Positions 55,635 to 64,000 of a stretch of DNA of 64,000 nt are shown piece by piece (position 1 is the stretch's first letter; each line of letters starts with the position of its first letter). A program made the position numbers and the translations under genes. The notes beneath the pieces were generated by a model, which ran no database searches, was not told where the DNA came from, and saw only the letters and a program-made list of their open reading frames with translations. The DNA comes from Eledone cirrhosa (lineage: Eukaryota): NCBI GenBank assembly GCA_964016885.1, contig CAXHJY010001618.1:1-64000 (forward strand), written 5' to 3'.

Positions 55635-56501
55635 TGTCCTCTTCTAGTGTGTCCATATAAGAACAGATTAAAGTATATATATATTGTAAGAACAGATTAA
55701 AATATATATATATATGTTAAGTATATATATTTGACAAAGCAAGCGTTTTGTTTTGAAGACAGCGAGCGAAGTTTGAAATTGACTTAGCTTTCACAGTAAC
55801 TCATCCTTTTCCATTTAGAGGGTTTTAATCCCCATTATCAAGCTAATTCTCTTAAGTCAAAATGCGGCGAAAGCTTCTATTTCTAACTTTATATATTTAT
55901 ATATATATATACATTTATATATAGGTCTTCAGATGTATACGCACATAAAAAAAAAAACGATCGACAACATTCTCATATTTTTATATAAACATTTTAAAAT
56001 GTGTAATAATTTAAGGAATTTAAATGTGTGACATTAGAATAAACGAGTATATTTCTAAATAAGGTGTTATATCCCTTTAATGTTCTTCTTTCAGGTTTTA
56101 CCTGGGAGGACTTTAACATTCTATCAGGTCAGATAAATATAAATACCAGATACGTGATCTTTTGCCAATGTTAGAAATCAATATATTAATTGCCTTGTAC
56201 AAGTAACACAACTACGATTTGATTGCAGAACCTATTATTAAAACTCCAGGAAAACATCTAGTGAGATGCACCATGATAGAAGGCGAGCTAATCCTACGCA
56301 GATGTAAACTGTACAACAACAAATACAACGAACATTGAAAGTGGAGAAGAGCAATAATGTATAAGCAATACATTTAACACTGTGTCGGTCTGAATGCTTT
56401 AGTCTTTGGCTCCGGCTCTCCGAGCTCAGTAAGTCAGTGTTTAAACCCAGTTCATGGTTGAAACACTGACAATCACTCAAAAGTCTGGTTGCAGTCTAGA
56501 A

Positions 56502-56659
56502 CAGTAGTCAGTAACCGGTGGTCCGTGAGAAAATGTTGGTGGTCCGCAGAAAAATGTTAATGTATTTATCTTTAGAAAATAAAATTCATATTAGTGGTCC
56601 GTGGGATTTTAAATTATGAATTTAGTGGTCCGTTAAGTCCGAGACGTTGGCGGCCGCTG
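56502..56659. mobile_element. hAT-Charlie-like MITE
   Basis: CAG...CTG termini, 8-bp TSD gtctagaa/gtttagaa (NTCTAGAN type), four internal gtggtccg repeats. Confidence 0.75.
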
Positions 56660-57304
56660 GTTTAGAATGATTGTGTGTGTCAGTGACACGTGTATGTGAG
56701 CAGAACTTCAACGTGATATCCTGTTCACTCAAACATTTAGCTTTCTAACGAACGGGAAGTCGCTATTTGTGAAAGATTTCACTCCTCCTACTAACACGTA
56801 TCGCATCTACGAAGAGAATGTTTCATTGACTTGAAAGCTTTGATTCGATTTAGGAAATTTCAGAAAATGGGCCAAGCGGGAATTGAACCAAATATGCAGA
56901 TTTATTTTTCCCGATAAAATTTAACCAATATTCGTTAACACCCACATAAATAAAACTAGAAAGAGATAAAACCACAAAACCAAAGAAAGTAAAAATGGCG
57001 AGAAAGAAAGTTGTAATACGATCACTGGCGCCACCTGTATTCTACCCAGTTTTTACGAATAGATTTATATGCCCAGCTAAAGGTAGCTACATCTTAGGAT
57101 TTAACAATCCCCACGCCGCTCTCATAAATCTTCATTTTACACCACATTATACCAGGTAATTAAATAATTAAACTGCAGGCACTGGTTTGGATTAAAAGTT
57201 TTATATAAAAAAAAGTAGCAGTTATTCGTATATATACACACAAACATACATACCCTATTCATGTCATATATCTATCTATCGAGCTAGGGTTCTACATACA
57301 TACA

Positions 57305-57337
<33 letters not shown>

Positions 57338-58125
57338 GTATGGGGACTTGGTATATCTGATATATCTTTAAATGTATGAAATTTACGCACACACACACAA
57401 ACACATACATATATATATATACATATATATATACATACATGCATATATGCATACATATAATCTGAATCTTGCATATTGGGGATGTACAGAAATACGGGTA
57501 CGTATATATATATATATGTATGTATAGTCTCGGGTACATTCCATTAGTTTTACCTATCTCTGCACCCAGACTAACATAATAAATTTAAAGATAGACTCAA
57601 TAAATCAATTCATTAAAATGGTAAAATATAATAAAATAAATAAATAAACAAAAATATGACTGTTAAGTATTTTCCCTGTGATATGGAAAAATAGGCACCA
57701 CAATTTTAAAATTATTGTTGTATTGGTGCTGGGACTGTCATGGCATCAGTCCTATTTATACAACAAGAGTTAAAAGTCTGAGTTAGTTTTGGAGCGACAT
57801 CATCATTTCTTAACGAACCATAAAATCATAGGATATATAGCGAGATTTATCCCAGAATATTACAAGAACAAAGTGTTTCGAATTCAAGGTTCCAAACACT
57901 GAGTTCATTTTTAGGAGATGTAGAAAGAATGAACGGTCTAATAGACTGGGAAAGGGTTACAATAGAAACTGATAATTGAAGAGCAAGTAATCAAACGTCA
58001 TTTTCCAGTGTGCCACTCTCTGCATCCTTTAACACTGTTTTCAACTCTGTCTTACTTTGTTTTCCTAGTTCTATTTCTCGGTAATAGTGGCGTTTATTTT
58101 GGCTGTGGTTAAGGTCGTTGCGTAG

Positions 58126-58513
58126 AGGCAGTGGCATCAACAATGGAAGACATTGGCAGAGGTGGAAAGCCATTTTCAGCATCTGCATGAGATATTAAGT
58201 TTTGGCTGCATTTGCTGTTATTGTTACTATAACTACGGGGGCTCTTGCTGTTAGTGTTTTTGTTATTGTTGCTGTTATTGCTGCTGTTATCATTGTTTTC
58301 TGAATGTTGCCTATTCCTCTTCTTGGACAACCGGCCATTCCATTCAGCGGACACAACCTTTTTGTTCACCAAGTTAATTTCCACTAAACACCAAAGGGCG
58401 TGTTTCATAAACAAACACGTACTTATCCCCTGATGTCTATAGGGTGAGCTAAACTAACCGGCTCACAAAGATACTGGTTAGTTTGACTACACAAAAGTCA
58501 CAAAAGTTAAGTA
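58126..58513 (-). repeat. Interspersed repeat duplicated at 61520-61908
   Basis: About 390 bp with a common boundary at ...caaaagttaagta; identity high by eye. Confidence 0.85.
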
Positions 58514-58694
58514 CGTTAGGTTGAATAACAGTGTGAAAATAGAACAACTTACCGAACGATTTATGACCTTGTGTCGAGACACGAAGCAATAAATAAATAA
58601 ATAAACAAATAATAATAATAATAATAGTAATAATAATAATAATAATAGAAATAACAAAATTTCCAGTTAAATAACATCAATGACTGAGTCTCAA

Positions 58695-58735
58695 AGAAGA
58701 AGAAGAAGAAGAACAACAACAACAGCAACAGCAAC

Positions 58736-58833
<98 letters not shown>

Positions 58834-58852
58834 GAAGAAGAAGAAGAAGAAG
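58695..58852. repeat. Compound (AAG)/(AAC)/(AAT)n microsatellite
   Basis: Seen directly. Confidence 0.95.
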
Positions 58853-59339
58853 TGGTAAAACTAACTAGATTATAAATTAATAGATTTGGCACTTTGTAAA
58901 TCAACTTTTGCTTTGTTGATTTACGAATGAGAATAGTTTCTCGTAGCGTTATTAGGTTTATATGAGACTGGCTAACATAAGTAAATGTAGTATTACGCTT
59001 TTAGGAGAACAAAGACAGAAAGTGGAAGAAGGAGTAGATGCGGGAATAAAAAAAAAAATGGAAAACAAATTTAGACATCGTTTACAACACGACTTGAAAT
59101 ATTGGCTTCAGTTGTGTAAATTAAAGTCACACGTGGAGTACGCACAAATACATACATGTATAAATGCATAGATACTTCTATACATTCTCGATGTGTATAC
59201 ACACACACGCATACATATTATATATGTGTCTGTGTGTTTTTAGGTATTATATATAAACGCTTATATATATATATATATATATGCGTGTGTATATAATGTG
59301 TATATAATACATAATGTTTTTAGGTATTATATATACACG

Positions 59340-59403
<64 letters not shown>

Positions 59404-59516
59404 CGCGTGTGTATATAATATATATAATATATAATATATATACGCGTGTGTATATACCTAAAAACACAGAGACACATATATAATATGTATGTGTGTGTGT
59501 ATATGTATGTATGTAT

Positions 59517-59584
<68 letters not shown>

Positions 59585-59650
59585 ATATTTATATATATAT
59601 GTATGCATATATATATACACACACACATATATATATACATATATATATAT

Positions 59651-60312
59651 AAATATAAGTATGTATACGTACATAGATATATGTATACAAACGTACAGTA
59701 GTATGTATATACATACATACAAGCACACATATATATATATGTACGTATGGGTTTACCGAACATTTATTATAATGTTCGGTTTGTTTGTAAAACAAACAGC
59801 ACGAATTATTAGCCGTACAGTATTCGGCAACCATCGTTGCCATTTTGTTCAACACTGACAAAGGAACGATGAACTAGTTTCTAGCTTATTAGCTGTCATC
59901 AGCACCGTATACCTTCCTGTCAGTTGATTGAACGTTTGAAAGTATATACTTTCCTCATGCATATTAACGGCTGGGCAGCCTAATTTGCATATCGAGTGAG
60001 TTAGTTGGCCGGACGTACCGAAAACGATAAATGGAAAAAATGAAATTTCATTTCTCACTCTTAGTACGGCTGATACTTAAATATAAGTATGTATGCGTAC
60101 ATACATATATGTATACAGACGTACAGTAGTATGTATATACATATATACATGCACACATATATATATATATGTAAGTATGGGTTTAACGAACATTTATTAT
60201 ATTGCTCGGTTTGTTTGTAAACAAACAGCCCGAAATATTAGCACTACAGTGTTTGGCAACCATCGTTGCCTTTTGTTCAACAATATACAGTATACTACTG
60301 TACGTCTGTATA
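59651..60312 (-). mobile_element. HHR-bearing element B, locus 2: 428-bp tandem unit (about 1.5 copies) plus a short inversion
   Basis: aaatataagtatgtat occurs at 59651 and 60079; 60293-60311 mirrors ~60112-60131. Confidence 0.85.
59866..59908 (-). ncRNA. Minimal type-I hammerhead ribozyme (element B)
   Basis: acggtg-CTGATGA-c-agc-taataa-gct-a-GAAAC-ta-GTT-catcgt; palindrome AACTAGTT. Confidence 0.85.
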
Positions 60313-60330
60313 TATATATATATATATATA

Positions 60331-61089
60331 TAGAAGTGGTTACACAACAGTTAGTTCACCATACCGAGAACAATTGTTTGACCTTAGCAGATCCTCAGCT
60401 CGAAATGGACATGGTTATACGGAACAGGAAGGACAACGGTACGAACGCACATGCGTAGAAACGAACACTTCACGCAGTCAATACTAAATTGGGTGCGAGA
60501 GGTGTAAGGGAGATAACTGCGAAAGTTCGAAAGTGTCTAGTTGATAAGAAAATTAGCATGTTGTTGTAATTCAATCCCGAGCTTTGTAGTTATGTAAGAG
60601 GTATTTCCAGACGTGTGGACATCGTGTGTAGAATTCCTTTCTCGTGTTTAGGCAATCACTATTGCGTAATCTCTTTAGAATATTTATTCGTTCATCAATA
60701 CATAGTCCACACGACGTATTGCTCCTTGCGTATGGCTTGGACTTAGTGATGGCTTTCCATTGAATGGAGTAGTCTATACTTGAGTCCTTGAGAGACCATA
60801 CGTGGCTCGCGAGTTTCATCGATGAGCGTCTGTCCGGGTACCTAAAGTTCGACTGGTGTTTCAGTTGGTGATGTGGGCCTTCATGTTCTTAGCGCAGAAG
60901 TATTCTAGTTTTACTTTGTGTCGGTTAAAGATGGAGCGATATTTATGACCTATGGGAAAGTATCTATCCAAAGTATCTATCTAAGAGGGCCAGAAACTTT
61001 TTGCCTACATTGGTTTTAACGTTGAGTGAGAAGGAAGGATAGAACCAGATAGTTTGTCTATTGTGACCCTACCATTAATTGGTGGATTT

Positions 61090-61092
<3 letters not shown>
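60331..61092 (-). mobile_element. Internally deleted Penelope-like element 3' portion (GIY-YIG, Hydra-like)
   Basis: [67 protein letters not shown]-like motif at 60364-60403 lacks G12. Confidence 0.85.
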
Positions 61093-61140
<48 letters not shown>

Positions 61141-61327
61141 GATAAATCCACCAATTAATGGTATGGTCGAAGCCGCATGAAGAACTCAATGTAATCCGTA
61201 TGTAGAAGATGTCGTGAAGCAAAGTTTAAAATACAGAATTTCAACGATATAATTCATTGGAAGCAGAGTCAAAATAATACAAATAGTGAAAACAATTAAA
61301 TTAAACAAAATACGGGTAATTTATAGT

Positions 61328-61485
61328 AAAACTCATTATTTTACGACCGTTTCTGGGGGGGGGGGGGGGTAGTTCTCCGTATGTTCATTCTATTAGTGAT
61401 CTATGTAAAATATATTACAAATTATCAAAGTAAGAAAATATACATACGTCATCCCTACCCGCCGTCTTCAGAAATAATGAGTTTT
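61328..61485 (-). ncRNA. Type-I hammerhead ribozyme with 14-bp stem I and a long stem II insertion
   Basis: aaaactcattattt-CTGAAGA-c-ggcgggtag...ctacccccc..-a-GAAAC-ggtc-GTA-aaataatgagtttt. Confidence 0.85.
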
Positions 61486-62104
61486 GTATTTTTTGAAGAA
61501 TATAAACATGTATGAATAAGTGGCAGTGGCATCAACAATGGAAGACATTGGCAGTGGTGGAAAGCCATTTTCGGCATCTGCATGAGATATTAAGTTTTGG
61601 TTGCATTTGCTGTTATTGTTACTAAAACTACGGGGGCTGTTGCTCTTAGTGTTGTTGTTATTGTTGCTGTTATTGCTGCTGCTATCATTGTTTTCTTAAT
61701 GTTGCCTATTCCTCTTCTTGGACAACTGGCCATTCCATTTAGCGGACACAAAGTTTTTGTCCACCATGTTAATTTCCACTAAACACCGAAGGGCGTGTTT
61801 CATAAACAAACACGTATTTATCCCCTGATGTCTATAGGGTGAGCTAAACTAACCGGCTCACAAAGATACTGGTTAGTTTGACTACACAAGAGTCACAAAA
61901 GTTAAGTAATCATGTGTGTAAAGAGAGAGAGAAATAATATATATTTATTACACCAGTATACTACCACAATTAATTACATTTAACTAGAATCTGTTACCAA
62001 TAAATACAATTTGTGTCGACAAATACCACTAGTAATTCTCTTGAAATCTATTTTTTGCCTCTGTATATGAATATGTATATGTGTACATGTATATATATAT
62101 GAGT

Positions 62105-62390
62105 GAAGGCGCATGGCTTAGTGGTTAGAGCAATAGGCTTGCAATCGAAAGGTTGTGAGTTCAATTCTCGGACCGGGTGATGTGTTGTTTCCTTGAGCAA
62201 GACACTTCATTTCACGTTGTTTCACTTTACTCAGCTGAAAATGAGTACCAGCAATAGCTGGAGGTTTAACCCTGCGAAGGACTGGCGTCCTGTCCAGGGG
62301 GCAGTCTTGTACACTCAGTCGCTTCACGTCATGAAACCTGAATAAGCACCGGCCAAAATGAGACTTCTGGCTTAAGACAGACTTTAGACT
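62105..62390 (+). mobile_element. tRNA-derived SINE with CORE-like and Meta/V-like segments
   Basis: A-box tggcttagtggttag, B-box gagttcaattc, ccttgagcaagacac, cctgcgaaggactggcgtcctgtccaggggg. Confidence 0.75.
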
Positions 62391-62506
62391 TATGGCCTAT
62401 CCGCCCAGCCAGTGGGATGGCGTCATCGTATGGCTAAAGCAGCAACGTGCTGTGACCAACGTGCTGTGACGCCCGACAGACTGGTGGGTCAAAGTGATCA
62501 AGGTGA

Positions 62507-62946
62507 TATATATGAATTTCGTATTTCTAAAGACATACGGTATGTTTATAAATAAACATTTACAAAGCCATAGCTATGAATAGCACACTGGCAGCTAACG
62601 CCACCAGGCGGTACCCGGCAGAAGCAAAGGGGACAATGCTTTTCGTACTCAACATGTTGTCGTCAGGACGATCTGCCCCGCTATTGCAACTGCCGAACTT
62701 TGAAAACGTTTTTTCGTCTGTGTAAATGTCATATATATTCCGTTCCCTTGTCGCTTCAATTTAGGATTACCTCATGATTGTAACACCTTATTATGTAAGA
62801 AGCTGTCTGATGAGAATGGCACTAGTTACTACACGGAATCACGTGGCCACTGTATCATCTAAACTACTTTGTATTTCCTTATTCTAAAAATACTCCGCCA
62901 TTCCGATATGGATCAATGTACGTTGTGTTCTTGATTTGAATTACAT

Positions 62947-62950
<4 letters not shown>
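62507..62950 (+). mobile_element. PLE-type 3' fragment with degenerate HHR
   Basis: CTGATGA 62807-62813, stem II gaatggc/gccattc, GATA in place of GAAA at 62905; ends at (TA)n. Confidence 0.45.
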
Positions 62951-63014
<64 letters not shown>

Positions 63015-63023
<9 letters not shown>

Positions 63024-63195
63024 GAGGGAGAGAAATAATATATATTTATTACACCAGTATACTACCACAATTAATTACATTTAACTAGAATCTGTTACCA
63101 ATAAATACAATCTTTGTCGACATATAAACTAGTAATTGTCTTGAAATCTATTTTTTTGCCTCTGTATATGAATATGTATATGTGTACATATATAT
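63015..63195 (+). repeat. ~185-bp direct duplication of 61912-62100
   Basis: Seen directly. Confidence 0.85.
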
Positions 63196-63233
63196 ACCTC
63201 TATACGTACACATACACACGCACACACACACAT

Positions 63234-63271
<38 letters not shown>

Positions 63272-63280
63272 CATACACAA

Positions 63281-63319
<39 letters not shown>

Positions 63320-63876
63320 CGTATACACGCCTACATACACAATCATACACATACACACACACTCATATATATAGTACGAAACATCGATAGATTTAAAGCC
63401 AGAGGCACAAAAGTCAACGCAATTTTCCGATGTTGCTTTATATAAACTGCTCAACAGAAGCTATGCCACGTGGGTGGATAATTCACCTCGAAGCATATCA
63501 TATACTTTTTCATAGGAAAGTGGAACCAATATTGAACAAACGGGGGGATAACTATCAAAGAACTTTAAGCATTCTAACTGTTAAATCAAGAAAGATTTGC
63601 GATTCTTACACTTCCATCACCCTTAGAAAATATTTTGGTTGACCAAAATACTTAGGTTTCGACTTCCTAAAAAATATGACAGACACCAGTATTGAAAATT
63701 GATTTTTGCAAAATTTTTCTAGTTTTAACAGGTTTTGTTAAGCCTACATAGAGGCATCTTTTGCGACAGCTATCGACCGTTAACTGACAAGGAAAGGGCT
63801 ATCAGTGTGTTTGGCTGAAGGATGCTAAATATATCGTCAGCTTCCCAGCCAAACTAAAGCAACTTGCCTGACCAAG

Positions 63877-63912
<36 letters not shown>

Positions 63913-63916
<4 letters not shown>

Positions 63917-64000
63917 TTACAAAACGAAAAATCAGTGATGCTTCTGGACTCAGTTTATTGTGTGTTACAATTGTTTCGCCGGCAGGTAGCTCGAGACATG
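63913..64000 (-). mobile_element. PLE-type terminus with HHR 3' half, cut by the window edge
   Basis: Minus strand gccggc-GAAAC-aatt-GTA-acaca; palindrome ACAATTGT; abuts (TA)n. Confidence 0.6.

Noticed and set aside
56990-57040. YY1-like aaaatggcg and CTCF-like caggtggcgc motifs
   Set aside because: Short partial matches with no supporting promoter evidence.
62105-62180. tRNA gene
   Set aside because: A/B boxes run into a SINE body; no complete cloverleaf.
63640-63845. Minus-strand CTGACGA (63834-63840) with a distant GAAAC-ctaa-GTA (~63650-63661)
   Set aside because: No convincing stem I or stem II links the two halves.

Overview
This is repeat-saturated, AT-rich eukaryotic DNA with no convincing host gene. 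The tRNA-derived SINEs resemble octopus OR/OK-type SINEs (recalled, not searched), so it is probably a cephalopod intron or intergenic region. It contains microsatellites, two minisatellites, a Helitron Rep fragment, two L1/Tx1-type LINEs (one nearly full length), R4/Dong, CRE, HERO/NeSL and RTE fragments, mariner, pogo and hAT remnants, and three GIY-YIG Penelope-like element (PLE) remnants. The main signal is non-coding. By eye I find about 15 complete or degenerate type-I hammerhead ribozyme (HHR) motifs and several half motifs, from many unrelated sequence families. They lie next to (TA)n tracts, often in tandem or inverted arrangements. At least three families reconstruct as circularly permuted, non-coding units of about 430-530 nt with one HHR per unit. 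These are candidate PLE-dependent retrozymes or circular-RNA elements. Most of these HHRs share a mismatched first pair in stem II. All folds, alignments and boundaries were done by eye and need computational confirmation.
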